Source: Paramecium tetraurelia (taxonomy: Eukaryota). Taken from it: 64,000 bases of DNA. The translations under genes and the position numbers were made by a program. Shown here piece by piece: positions 11,761-25,549 of the stretch (position 1 is the first letter of the stretch; every line of letters starts with the position of its first letter). The notes beneath the pieces are model-generated. The model had not been told where the DNA came from. It did not search any database and saw only the letters and a list, made by a program, of their open reading frames with translations. The stretch is taken from the NCBI GenBank assembly GCA_000165425.1, contig CT868657.1:1-64000 (forward strand), read 5' to 3'.

Positions 11761-12868
11761 TCAAATGTTAAATGTTAAGACAAATTATTTGGCAACCTTT
11801 CCCTTTTTCTATCTTAGAATATTTGTTATTTCATGTGGATAAGCTCTCTCATTGACATTTCCCTTTCTATAGAAAAATACATAATCGTGAGTAAAGGCAA
11901 TATCAGTTTTTGGACATCTCTCTACTTAAACAACAAGTCCTGATAACTAAGACTTAATTCCATTTTAGTCTATCAATGGATGTATTTTAGCCTATTCAGA
12001 TATTTGACATGAGTACTTTAATTAAAGACTAAAATCCAGGAGGATAGATATGATCCTTAAGCAATGAAACAATGGTTTATTGGATTTCTTGTTTTGTATT
12101 TGGTACTAGCAATCCTTTAATCTTCATATCTTAACCTAACCCAATCAAACAAATTCCACCATCACTATTCAACATTGCACATACAGTTTCTCCAAAGGCT
12201 CTTGGATTCTACTTTAAGTTATCTAATGTTGCATAATCGAATCCAGCGACCCTAGGAGATACTGTAATTGGCTATCCTACCTATGGCATCAAATCTAAGT
12301 GAACTTAAATTTTGTCATTTCCTCTTTGATGTTAATTAGCAACTTAAGCTATTGTAGTATTTGGAGGTAGCAGTTCAGCCTAAATTAACATATTTTAGGA
12401 ACCTTTCCAAATTAGTTTTTAGATTGACCAGGCTTGATCTTTAATCCTCTTACAGCATTATAATTTAATAATGCTTATGAGCAAGCATTTCTCACTAAAG
12501 TATCAACATATTGGTTATCATCTATTGTCACTGTTACGGGGAAATTATTAAATAATGGCCAAGCATTGACAACAAATTACACCTCTATTTTGATTACGTA
12601 ATATTTTACATCTCACTTATGGTTATGGATATCCGGTTTATGGAGGATATCCAGGTTATGGAGGATATCCAGTTTGTGGAGGGTATCCAGCTTAAGGAGG
12701 ATATCCTGGTTATGGTGGATATCCTGGTTAGGTAGGGTATCCTGGTTGTGGAGCATAGCCAGGTTATGGAGGGTAATTTGGTTAGGGAGGATATCCAGGT
12801 TGTGGAGGATAATTGGGTTATCCTTATTATCCTGGATAACCTGGAGGTGGATATGGAGGCTGATTCAT
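11761..12868 (-). CDS. Pro/Gln/Gly/Tyr-repeat protein with putative ubiquitin-like domain and C-terminal Schlafen/AlbA_2 domain
   Basis: MNQPPYPPPGYP..(YPPQPG)n; FGETVCAMLNSDGGICLIGLGQDMKIKGL..HIYPP..FFYRKGNVNERAYPHEITNIL; 3 introns (25, 23, 25 nt); TGA at 11761. Confidence 0.75.
12620..12860 (-). repeat. 18-bp coding tandem repeat (G/N-Y-P-P-Q-P/T/A), ~11 copies
   Basis: ggaggatatccaggtta-type units on the + strand. Confidence 0.9.
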
Positions 12869-13777
12869 TAATTAAATTAATTCATATAAAATATCTAATG
12901 TTATTAATACAAATTTTATTAATATAGAAAATCTTTAAAGTTTATAGACTAAAATAATTTGTTAACTTATTCTTAAAACAAACTTTTCCTTATTATGAAT
13001 ATTGAAATTTTTAATTTGGCAATTTCTAATTATCCCTTTCAAAGAATTTGAATTTCTTTTTTATTGGAATTCTTGTGAATTTCCAAGAACTTTATTTTCT
13101 TTAAAAATAGTTCTAACTTAAAATTCTACAATTCAATTTTTTCTCATAGAAAAATGTTTATGGGACCAAACTATTATATTTTAGTCAGGAAATACTATCT
13201 CAAAGCTTGATTTCCGCCTAACTGAGAAGTTCCTTTTTAGTTAATTTTCTATGAAGTATTAAAAATAAAATAGATATTTTGAATATTTAACAAAAATTAT
13301 ATCAAGAGGAGTAACCTGAGTCTGAAAGACAATATTGATATAAATCAATTGATGCAATTGTACAAGAAAATAAAAATATGCTAAGTACATAATAGTATTT
13401 AAAATATGGTCATAGATGTAGTTTATGAAATTCTATGTTATACTATGGCCTTAAAGTAACTGAAGAATACCTCTAAATTTCAGATATCTAATATTAGAAA
13501 ATAATTAAACATTGATATGCAATATATTAATAAGGTTTAATTTTTTAATTAGAGAGGGATGTAAAATCACTGAATTTAATTAATTTTTTATTCACTTTCA
13601 TTAACTAGAGGGTTAAAGTTTTGTAATAAAATGAGTTTTAAAGTTTAATAAATAATTTATTTTTAATTTTCTATCTTTCTAAACCCATATTTACTTGGGT
13701 TGATCGATTTTAAATGTAATAAAGAAAATTGGAAGATTTTAATATTTATTTTATAAAACAACTAAATCTTATATCTG

Positions 13778-15151
13778 ATGAATCAAAACGATTTATTTCT
13801 TATTGAAGGGATACAATTTTAGAGGAATAACAAATAAGAAATCTTTTTGATTCCTTATGGAAATGGATTAAAGATGATTGTAAGAATTTCATTAATTTAG
13901 AACACTCTCAATCATTCCTTATTATTAAACATAGATTTTTGTGATGAAGAAGTAATTTTTGATTGGAGTCTTTACAAAAGTAAAAAAGGTGATGAGAATC
14001 TGTATTTCATTATACATTTCCATGGATAGTTATTCAAAGTTTTTGGAACTCCAAATTAATTAGATTCAATGTATGAATTTTCTGCAGGAAAATTCATTTT
14101 CAAAAGGAACGATATTTATTCTTTAGATTGCATAAATGAGTCTATGTCCACATATCAAGTATATATAAGTTTTATACTAGTTATTGACAATAATTAATAG
14201 ACATAATGGTAAAAAATACATTGAAAAAAGAATTAATTAAATATATTCTTAATAAATATCCAATTCAAGTATCACGGATTTTGGATAAGAACAAATACCT
14301 GAAGAGATACGAGTCATCTAACTATTAAACATCCAACGTTGTCCTTACATCATGAAAATAGACTAACTCACTTACGATGGAGAATGCTATTCGATTATAT
14401 ATTAAAGTTCAAATTAAATATCTCTAAGATAAATATTGAAAAAATACAAGAATCCACCAATATCCTTTATAATTGAAATCCTAGAATAACTCCTATTAGG
14501 TATTAAGTAATCCTAAGTTTAGTGTTGAACATATTTGAAGAGCTAAAAATAATTCATAATGGAATTACATTGGACAATATCTGTTATTCTCAAGAATTCA
14601 ATTTAATATTTTTGTGTAATTTCTCATTTTCAATATTTGAAACTCAGAATCAATAACAAATGTATTATGAATCTAACTTTTAGAAAAGGTAACTCAATTG
14701 GGTTTGTTCCACCAGAGCAATATTAAATTAATTAGCGAATCTCCACTTCAGCCAACACATACTAATTAGGAGTTCTTCTATACTACATGTATGTATACCT
14801 TACTATATTAGGCTATTTAACGAAAACCCATTTGGAAAAGATTAAAAAAATATATTCTTTAATAATATTGCTGGAAAATATTAAATTCCAAATACAAAAT
14901 AGGATAAGAATATTATTGAAATAATGAAATCTATGCTTTAAAAGAATCCTTAGAAAAGAAAAGCCTCAAAGGAATATTTGACATCGAAGATTTTTATGCC
15001 ATCCTATCGATCTAAGATGTCAAAACATAGTTTCTTTACTTTTTTTTAGGAAAACTTTAAATAAAAAATTGATGAATATGAGGTTGGGGATGATCTTATC
15101 TATGCTTAAAGTGTGAAATCATTGTAAATAAGTAAAGGGATTAAGAAATGA
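13778..15151 (+). CDS. Probable pseudokinase with N-terminal PH-like region
   Basis: MNQNDLFLIEG..; kinase fold motifs degenerate: IIHNGITLDNI (HRD), LCNFS (DFG), GFVPPE, SANTYQLG; tiny introns. Confidence 0.7.
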
Positions 15152-15262
15152 ATTGAATTATATTATGTGGTAGGATTATCATCATCATTCAATTTATTGT
15201 TATTTAGATATATAATCATAGATATTGAAAATTAGCTATTAATTTATAATATATATTTTATA

Positions 15263-16788
15263 ATGAAAATAAATAGAGATAAATAAATGAATGAAATGAG
15301 ATCCAAAATTAAGTAATCTCTATTTACTAAAAAAGAGATAATAAGCAAGAATGTAGAGAACTCTAAAATGGTTAAAAGATCAACAAGCAATACTTAATTA
15401 AATATATAATCCTCAGCTAAACCAAACTAAAAATAAAAGCCTTGTATTTAGAATCGTTTTCATGATATATACTAAATTGGTTCTATCATTGGCTAAGGCT
15501 CAAATGGAATTGTTAAAGTTTGTTACAAAAAAACATCATCAAGTCAACTCTTGAATTTTGGTCATATCCCAACCAAATATGCTGTCAAAATAATACCAAA
15601 TGCTGATGATCCTGAATTAATTAACACTATCACTTAAACTTTTATTATAAACAGAGAGCTAAATACTTTACCATAAATAATATAGGTTTTTGATCTATTT
15701 ATAGATGAAAATGAAAAAGTTGCATATTTAGTTATGGAATTTTGTGAATGGAAGAGTTTAGAATATTATCTTGAGAAAAACTAACTGACGATTAAATAAA
15801 TTAGAGAAATTATTAGAAATTTAGCAATTTCTCTTAAAGCTATACATAATAAAGGAATCTGTCATAGAGATATTAAACCAGATAACATTTTAGTGAAATT
15901 ATGTGATCAAACTGAAATTAAAATTATTGATTTTGGTGTATCTAAAAAGTTCTTTAAGAAGAATAAAAATGGTATAATCATACACGAGATGTGGACAAGG
16001 ACAGGCACCATTTTATTTTAAGCACCTGAAATCTTTCTATGTGGAATTTATAATGAAAAAAGTAAATAATTAATTAAATCATCATAGTTGATATATGGTC
16101 ATGTGGAATTATTTTGTATCAATTATTATGTCACAAATTTCCATTCTTGGCTGATACCATAATAGACACGATTGAAATTATTACTAATTCGAATTATAAT
16201 CCATGGAGATAATAAGAATTTTTAGATTTGCATTATTTACAATAAGATTTGTTAAAACGTACACTCACCAAGGATCCAAAAAATCGATTGTCAGCAGAAG
16301 AACTATTGTTACACCCATGGATTTCGATGAAAACAAATTAATATGATAAAACTATGGATGACACTTAAATTTCTAAAAAAAAATCTAAACTTCGTGATTT
16401 TAAAATTGCAACCTGTCTCTAGTTAAGTGATATTTTCAATCCTTATAAAAATTCAAGTCCATTATATTTAAATCCAATGCAAAATGGTAACACTATTAAT
16501 GACAACAATAACATGAATCATGTTTACTTTAACCATAACAATAATAAAAATAAATTAGACTACGGAAATTTTAAAATTAGCGATTTTATTGTTAGAAGTA
16601 AATAAATTTTGAGTGGGAAGAGCAGCTTTTTATTTGCAATAGAGAGTTCTTAAGATAATTCACCTAAAATGAATATCGAATAGTCTGAATTATACTTGGA
16701 TGATAAATAATCAGATGAAGTCTTGTAATACAGATTGGAATCTAGATTTTTAGATTATGATTGCTAACATAGAAAATTTTCGAAATGA
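15263..16788 (+). CDS. Ser/Thr protein kinase (CAMK-like)
   Basis: IGQGSNG, YAVKI, HRDIKPDN, IDFG, TRTGTILFQAPE, DIWSCG. Confidence 0.9.
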
Positions 16789-17639
16789 GTCTGATAGTTT
16801 TGTTTATTTAATAAAGAAGTGAACTATTTATATAATTAATCAAATTATAAAATAAGTATTTAGTCAATTTTTTAGCTTTAACCTAATTGAGTAAATGCTA
16901 TTTTGATAGCTAAAAATTCAGTATTTTTATTTATATTTAAAAATTGTAAGGGTTATTTATTTTGGGAATTTGTGTGAGTGATAATTATCAAAATCTTAAT
17001 TAATAGAGTTATAAAAGAAGTGATTATAAATTTTAGTTCGATTGATTTATTTATTACAAAACAACAAATGACTATAGATTTTTATATAATTAGAATTAAA
17101 ACAATAATGAAGAAATGTGATGAAAAATAATTTAGAAATAGTATTTATAATTTTATTGAGAATATTTATTAGCAAACTACTTTCCAGTCATCTAAGATAC
17201 TCATGTATATTTTTAGGGGAAGGTTAAAACTAGCGATTATGAATCTCCATTTGATTCTTTTGGATTGAGGGGTTTAGGGTTGTTTATGAAATGGGCTTGA
17301 GAATAAAAGGCTGAAATGCTCTTATTTTTTGAATGACTATTAAAATGAGCCAATATTAGTTGAAGGAATAATATAGGAATGAGGCTATTTTTAGGGACTT
17401 AATAAATACATAATTTGTTGAATGTTAGTGCCATAAATTAGATCTTTGATATTTCCTTTTGTAATTCAATATTTTAGATATATTAATTGATCTCCTGATT
17501 GTTTCAATCATTTTATCTCTTATTTTCCTCCAAATTTCAACTACATGGCATCTTTAATACATATATTTATTATTCCTATAATCGATTCTAACCTGAATAA
17601 ATTAAGTTATTATAATTAAATTAATAATAATTAAATAAA

Positions 17640-19402
17640 ATGATAACAGCAACTAGATCATTAAATGTTAGATTGCCTTAATTAAGCATGAAAAATCTTG
17701 AAAAATCTCGAGAAAAGTCGAATAAACCTACAATTAGATCCATAAATAACGTTTATGATTATTCTAATTCCCCACCTAAAACAAGAACTGATAATATTTC
17801 AAGGGGTTCCCTTTCCACTCCTTTATAATATTGCAGATATTCCTGTTATAATATATGTAGAGTGGATTCCTCATTTAATGACTAAGAAATCTTTAGTGCA
17901 TAATAAAGAAGTGTTTAAAGAAATGAAAATAGTAAAAATACATATAGTGATTAAATTGAAAAATTGTCTTAAAGGATTAAAAACCTCAGCAAAACAAAAA
18001 AAAAAATGTAAGAATCTATTTCCACCAAATAATATAAAAAAACTGAACCTTATATTCAAAAATAATCTAATAAATATTAACCAAAAAGTCCCAAATTGAT
18101 TCTCAAAACGGAAGAAAAAAATGATGAAGTCAACTTTGAATAAAAATAATTAATCCAAGAGAAAATGTAAGAAATTTACGCATCAGTATAAGCCATACTG
18201 AAATCGCATAAAGGATATGTTAGATAAGTTGAAAAAAAAAATGTTTAGATTCAATTAGTCTAACTTAAAAAGGAATTTAAACTTGTTAATTAAGATTATA
18301 ATGAGTTTTATAATAATCATACTAACGAACAATTCAAATGTAATATATAATACGTCTATGATTAGTGGATTTTGAATTAGTCGATCGAATAGAATAATTA
18401 AAAAAGTTATTTGAAAATAAGAGACCAACTAAACGTAATTGTGGTAGTCTTTTTGATGGAATGGATATTTCAATTGTAATTCAAACAGAAGCAGATGAAA
18501 AACCTAATAATATTGATTTTAACGAAATTTCTGAAAAAGACTTTGAACAATCTTAAGATCAAATTGGACAATTTGCTGACTAAATAACAGACTGCTCGCC
18601 AGCCAACAGCACTGCAAGAAGAAGAACTACTAATTTAAATAAAAGAGCAACCAAATAATATTCTATTTAGCCAATCCAAATTTAGTAAGAAACGACCTAA
18701 TAAACCTAAATTAGTAGAAGAAAGAGCAGTGTAAAATCAATTAATACTCCACTTACACCTAAAACTCCTGATTCTCCATCTTCTATGACTTCTAGAAATA
18801 ACAAGTTCGCGGCATAATAAATTATTTAAGAAAAATTAAAATTGCCAGCTACACCACCTAAAAGGTAAGACTAATAATAATTCTAAGAAGATTAGACTAA
18901 TGTTCTAAAAAAAGAAATTTAAAAAAGATAATCAAAACTCATTTCACGTAAGGCTACATTAGAAATGTCTCAGTAACCAAAATAAAAGTCGAGATTAAAT
19001 TCAAGAAATAGTTTAGTAGAAGTAACTGAACATTCTGAATATGAATAAAAAATACTACCTAATAATAATACTACTAATTAATCTTAATCTTAAATTAATA
19101 TTGAAAATAATCCAGAAGTCAATTAAAATATACTAGATTAATTAGAAAATAACAAAGAATAAATAGCTAATTAAATTTAAACATAAAAATAATCATAAAA
19201 TTAAATTGTGCCTCAAAAAGAATAATAAAAGTAAAAAACAAAAAAATAAGAAATTAAGGAATCCAAAATCATTTAAGATTTGTATTAATCTGCATTTATA
19301 TATGATCAAGATATCTTGAATAAATATAGAAAAAATAAACACAAAAATGAATGGTCTTAAGATATATAATCAGTTATATCTAACTATTATTAATTTTTTT
19401 GA
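17640..19402 (+). CDS. Hypothetical low-complexity (Q/K/S-rich) protein
   Basis: MITATRSLNVRLPQL.. long TGA-free frames in the ciliate code, small introns. Confidence 0.65.
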
Positions 19403-19450
19403 TTTATAAATTAATATGCTATTAGTTATATAATAAATATATTTCCAAAA

Positions 19451-21296
19451 TCAAAATCCGTAGTCAAAACAGTCTCTAGTTTATTATCCATTTTTTATAA
19501 TTTCCTACTTTTTACCTGCAAATGGTATCCTATGTAACCAATCTGCAGGTACACCTTTATAATTCTTTGGATTGAGTTCAATAGGATCCATTTATTACAA
19601 ATAGTTGGCTGGTGGATTTCTGATGATAATAAATAATGTTACTTATCATCAAAGGATTTAACTTCTTGCAAATCATTTGTTATTTATTTTTTTTACTCTT
19701 ATTTTGGTGATGATTTCAATAGAGAAGGATTAATTTCATTGACCTTACATGTAAGTCTGTTGGCTTTCTCCTTTTTCTGTTTCAATTCCTCAATAAATTT
19801 ATTATTTGCCTTATCTGGAATGGCTAATTAATCATCTACTTATAACTTAGATTCTGATTATATTTAAACTTTTTTGTCTTATTTCTTTTTGGATTCCTTT
19901 GTTTTCTAATCATTACTAATCTTCGATTTATTATCATCTTTATCCTTTTAAGATTTCTATGTACGATTATCAATAACAGACTAAGGTCTTTTGTCTCCTT
20001 TTTATTTTCTCTATTATTTCACTGGCTTGTCTTGCACCTGGGATTCCCCTTAAACACTGCCTGCTTCTGATGCAAATCGTAACGTATTTGTTAAGTCAGG
20101 CTTTTTAATATTAAATTCAGGAATGGTTGATTTGCCTTTTGATTCCAATTGCTTTTTCAATTCTGAATAAGGTTAAGGAGTCAATTGATTTCTTTGTTTT
20201 TAAGCCTCCACTTATTCAGGATTTAATCTATCTTCTTCTCTGCAATTTCTAGGAGGTTCAGGTTCTACATTTGCTACCGCGGCTCCTTTTCTTAATGCAT
20301 TCTAATAACTTTAGATATAAAAGGGATCATTTTTATTCCTGTGTGGTTAGACATTATGAGAAAGCATGTGTTAACCATATACTATACCTCCAACTGATGG
20401 ATTGATATTATTGAATCCATAAGGACCCCAAGCTGGCTTACCAAAATAAGTAGTAAATGCACTGTCAGCTATCCATCTGGTTTCTCCTTGAAATTTCTTA
20501 ATTCTATCTTTTCTCCTTTATAATTTTGCTGCATCTTCAGGATCATTAGGATCAAGAGTCTTAGCTTTCTTAATGAATTTAGTATTCATCTTTTTTTATT
20601 GATCATCTTCTTATTCATTTTCTAAATCGTCTTCTTCAGATGAGATGATATCTTCTTCCTCTTTTTTAGATTCTTCATAATAGAATCCACTAAATGGATG
20701 CTAAACTTTATATTCGCCTTTAAAATTTTTATTATTTTATTCTAACTAATACATTAATTCGTTTGTATCCTTGATATCTTTGATTAGATAGTTATCCCTA
20801 TAGGCAGTTTATAGTTTAGGGTTCCATTAAACAGGTAATTTATATTGGTTGTTTTGATCTTCTTATAATTGAATGGATGGATTAGGTTATTATTAAGGAT
20901 TACGGCAATCACAAGATTTCGCAATATTTTTAATTGTTTTTTCATCTAATTCTAATTAAAATTAAGAATGCTTATATACTTTATACAAGGATTTATGAAT
21001 CTTCTACTTTTAATTTTTCAATTTTTCTAAAATTATCTTTATTTTCAGTTAACCAAGGTTAATTCTCGTGATTTATTCTAGTTATTAACTTTTTAGTTTC
21101 AGGTTCTCTTTCAACTTATATTTTCTTTTTGAAATCCCATGGTTCATCTTACTCGACTGGCCATTTCATCATATCAAACATATTAGGTTCTTAGTTTCTT
21201 GGTTTATTTTTTTTTCCAAATACTTTATTTTCATCTTGATTAAAATTATAAATTACTTTCATAGACTTATTTTAAGACTTATTCTTTATTTTTCAT
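19451..21296 (-). CDS. Hypothetical protein
   Basis: MKNKEQVLKQVYE[intron]..KWPVEQDEPWDF..FTTYFGKPAWGPYG..DYGF*. Confidence 0.7.
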
Positions 21297-21371
21297 ATGG
21301 CTGTTAAGATGAGTAATAAATAAATTTAATTTTAATATTATTTTCAAAACTACTGTTAAAAGGAAAATATT

Positions 21372-22362
21372 TCATTTTTATTATTAATCAATATCATCAC
21401 TTTGTTCTTCTTAATATTACTTAACTTATCTTTCAATTTATGATTATATCTATTATTCAACAGATTCATCCTATCTAATAGTTTCAATTTAAGATTCCTC
21501 ATTTACTTATTGGATTTCTGATAATTGTTGTTTAATCTATTAGTCTTTTAATTACTCAGTTTCTTGTTATTATTCAACTTTGACTTTACTTTCCTTTAAT
21601 TTATCTAAATCACAAGCTTCAACAGATTTTACTTTATAACTATAATTAATTCAATACTAATGATTACTTAATAATAGGCTACAACTAAAATTATAACTAT
21701 TGTTTTTCTTTCTTTTTTGAAGATATTGAACTATTATTTGTAGAATCTCTATAAGAATATGTCATATTATTTCTTAATTTATAATTTGATTATTGTTACC
21801 TGATAATATTCATATAATTTTAACACTGCTGATATCGTTGTAATCTCATCATTAACCTCTTATTTTCTTTATAAGAATGTGAAAATTCTTCAATTTTCAA
21901 GACTGGTTCTTATTTCATTAGACGATCAGCTATTTTAATATTTTCATTTTGTATTTATTAAGCTTGATTCTTACGAAAGGTTAAGTTTAGATTATGAGGG
22001 TGATGTAAATTTTCATCTTCATATTTATAGTAATCTTATTACATGGGTCTATTGCAAATTTCTGTTATTTTTTAATACAATTGGCTATTGCCCTTGTTTA
22101 TGCGCTCAGATTATTCTATTCAAATAATGGATGCATTTGTACCATTTAAATCAAAACGTCTCCTTTGCTATCTCAAATTATTTCTTTTTTCTAGGATTTC
22201 CTAATGCTAGACTCTCTATTAAGATTATGTTTTTTTGCTTTTGATTTCATTCAACTTCTTCAAATGGAGATCATATGACCTATTTACTATGAATAGTTAC
22301 TTCTCTCTCTAAAATATTTAGTCTAATTTATAATTATAATTGTATTAATGATTAGATCTCAT
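21372..22362 (-). CDS. CFAP97/Hemingway-like coiled-coil protein
   Basis: SYDLHLKKLNEIK, INKGNSQLYQKITEI, RKNQAQQIQNENIKIADRLMKQEP resemble the KIAA1430/CFAP97 pattern. Confidence 0.55.
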
Positions 22363-22393
22363 ATTAATAAAATAAATAATATAATTAATAAGA

Positions 22394-22986
22394 ATGTCAC
22401 AACCGTCCGAAACTAAACAATCAATTTAAAGTGGCAGGATGGTCTTACATCCATCTCTAAAGTTAGATAAATCGGCTGCTTTTTTCAAAAACACAAGAGT
22501 TAGTTCATGCTCTTATGTAAGAATGAAATAAGGAAATCCAGAAGTAAGATGTCAGTTTTGATATAGCTAGGCTGTTCCCTTCTATGAAATAGCCAATAAA
22601 ACGCCTGCTGAACATGAAACAAAATCTACATATACAACTTCATCTTATGCGTAATTCAATATAGTAATAGAAAAGAGATGATTATAAAGTGAGACCTAAT
22701 TTACATGTTGGATCTACTAACAAATTATTAGAACCTTATAATACAGGATCATTTAGATCCAGATTACCTGAACCAGATGCTCCAATATTAACTAAAAATG
22801 CCTCTCAAATTGAATTAGGAGATAGACAGTAAATAAAAAATAAAGACTTTTAGTTTCAATGTAAAAAGACATTTCTTAAGCACTGCTCATAATGTCTATG
22901 GAAATTTCGGAAAACCAGGGAATATTACAAATCCAGGAATATTATCAGAGAAAACAAAATGGCACCATCATTTATAATAAAAATGA
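22394..22986 (+). CDS. Hypothetical small basic protein
   Basis: MSQPSETKQSIQSGRMVLHP..KWHHHLQQK*; 3 tiny introns. Confidence 0.7.
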
Positions 22987-23010
22987 TAAATTCGAAGATA
23001 ATATATTATT

Positions 23011-24132
23011 TCATTAATCATCTTCATCATCTGTATCTTTTTTAGGGCGGCATTGTGGAATTAGAGAATTCACTTTAATATTGTCTAAATTTAACATAGG
23101 GTTTTTATCTTCATTTTCTGTTTTATTTTTAGTTCCATTCTCTTTTTGTGATTTATCTTTTTTATTAGTGAGATTTTGTTGTTGTAATTCTTACTCTTAT
23201 TTTTAATATTCTTTAATTAACTATTAAATCTTCTCATTCTTAGGATCATTATCTTATTCATTCTATTTTTTATTTTTTGTTTTTGGGTTCTATTTTTTAT
23301 TAGTATCTTATTGAGCATCTTTGCCGTTTTTCTTATTGGATTTATTTTGTTTTTTGGTTTCAGGTTCACCTTTATTAAAATTGAAAATTGCTGTTTTCAA
23401 TTTTTAAGCTTTCTTTTCTTTTTTATTAGCATTATTTGATGCCATATCTAAAGAATTTGGATCATGCTTTTTGTTTTCAATGGATTATTCTTCAGATGAT
23501 TATTTATTATTGAATTTTGTTTATGTTTTTGGTTTATTATTTTTTGTAATTTTATTTTCAATTTTTAAAAATTATTCATATTCTTCTTGATTATCATCAT
23601 CTGATTCTGAATCCAAAGTCCTTTTAGATTATTTCTTTTTTACAGCTGCAATTTATTTCGATTACTTCTTGGTTACAGTATAAATTTCTGAATTAGAATA
23701 AGAATCTGATTCAGAATCTGATTCAAATTCTTATTCAGATTCAGATTCTGAATTTAGTGTTTCTATTGGTCTCTTTTTTTTTTATTACTTTCTATTTCTA
23801 TTACTATTACTTTTCTATCTGGTATCAATGTTGTTTGAAGAATTCTTTTTATTTACTTAATGATTCAGATGAACATCACCTACGGGCAAATTCATAGTTC
23901 CAAAAACATCATCAAAATTCTAATCATAATTGTTAAGGAATTCGGTCATAGATTTTTTAACGATTGGTTTCTTGTTAAATTGTTTAATTTGCGAATCTAA
24001 GGCAGTGAACAAGGAGGTTTAAAATAAGGATTGGGATTAAGCGTTCAATGATTTTTTTAACGTTTCCTCTTATTCAGATTCGGAACAATTTTCAATGTTG
24101 GACTTTTGTTTAGTCTATTTTGAATGATTCAT
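23011..24132 (-). CDS. Hypothetical acidic/Gln-rich protein
   Basis: MNHSKQTK..SESESE/SDSESDS tracts..TDDEDDQ*. Confidence 0.65.
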
Positions 24133-24228
24133 TTATTATTTTGGTGATAATCATTTTTAATTATATATTACAATATTTCAAAGGATTTTAATTTTAATTG
24201 GACCTCAATAATTATAATTATAATTTAA

Positions 24229-24834
24229 ATGATATTAGAAAATCCAAGTAAAATCAAATGGAAATAATAATACATAAAAAAGTACAGAGCCTTGTTGGGA
24301 ATTTCAAAGTATAAATATATCAAACATAGTCTCAAAGTAATACCTCCAGAACCTACAGAAAATAATATCACTCCATTGCATCTAGATTATATTAATAAGT
24401 AGAGATCAAAATCGTTAAAATAAAATGACGAGAGTATCTTACAAAGTTCAGATAGAAGATCTTTACATACAAAAATTTATACTGCATGTGAAATGAACTA
24501 AATTATTAATCATGCAAGAATTTGTGGATTATTGAATGATAAATAAAGTTTGAATTCTTAAAATAAATAAAATCAAAGTTTATTAGAATAAAATAGAAAA
24601 TACTTCTAAGATGTTCGAAATCTAGAAAACAGTTGGAATTACAAAAGAATACGTTAAGAAGAACAAAATAGGTTATTCAATTCCATACCTATGGAATAAC
24701 ATTATAAAATTAAACTGAAATAAAAAGAGACACATTTAAACATACAATAATTAATTTAAGAATAACGTACTTTGTTTTTAACTAATAACACGCAATAAAA
24801 TCATGATTTATCTGGTTCTAGCTCCCTAGAATGA
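24229..24834 (+). CDS. Hypothetical protein
   Basis: MILENPSKIKWKQQYIKSTEPCWEF.. to TGA 24832. Confidence 0.6.
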
Positions 24835-24898
24835 AAACTTAGAATAATTTTGTTTATGATTTAATCACAATATAACTTATGTTAAACATTTATTGAAA

Positions 24899-25480
24899 AT
24901 GAAAATCCCAAATATTAAAATTTAGAATTATAAAATTAAAATGGCAATCAGGAAAACTAACCTCTCCTCAATTACTAAGAATTTATTCAATAATGATTAT
25001 GATTAAGAGTCTTTATTCTCCTCTCCATTGAAATCACCTGATAAATCTAAGTCTAAAGTTTCCTCCAATCAGTCACCAATCAAATTAGACAGTATTGACA
25101 ACTTAATTGAAAGCTAAAATACTTTAAGAACTCATATACCATCAGAATTTAATCTTAGAAAAATGTTATCCAAAATGGATAATGTTGATATTATCCATCA
25201 AACATAATAACAATATAAAGCCTGTAGATTCAGAAAAAAAGAAAATTTTTAATCTCAACCTAACTTGAAAATAGAAGTGAAGAACGATGTTGAAGATTTT
25301 TTTAATAACAATACTCCAATTAATACTTAATTAAAATAAAATAAAGAGAGTAAGTAACATTAATTAATTACATTCACTGATTATGTTGAAAACATTTATG
25401 GCAAAGATTGGTTTACAATACCATAACGAAGATTTAGAAGATAAACTACAATCTAAGAATTCTTTAATATCATCGAATGA
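24899..25480 (+). CDS. Hypothetical protein
   Basis: MKIPNIKI..FTDYVEKHYGKDWF..FFNIIE*. Confidence 0.6.
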
Positions 25481-25549
25481 CTTCTAATTAAACTATTGAT
25501 TATATCTTATCACATTTTTAATAATAAGAAATAAAATTTATATAAAATT

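Noticed and set aside
13154..13573. Small gene upstream of the pseudokinase
   Set aside because: Could not build a consistent stop-free exon chain
17268..17285. Telomere-like ggggtttagggtt
   Set aside because: Only ~2 imperfect units and not the Paramecium TT(T/G)GGG array
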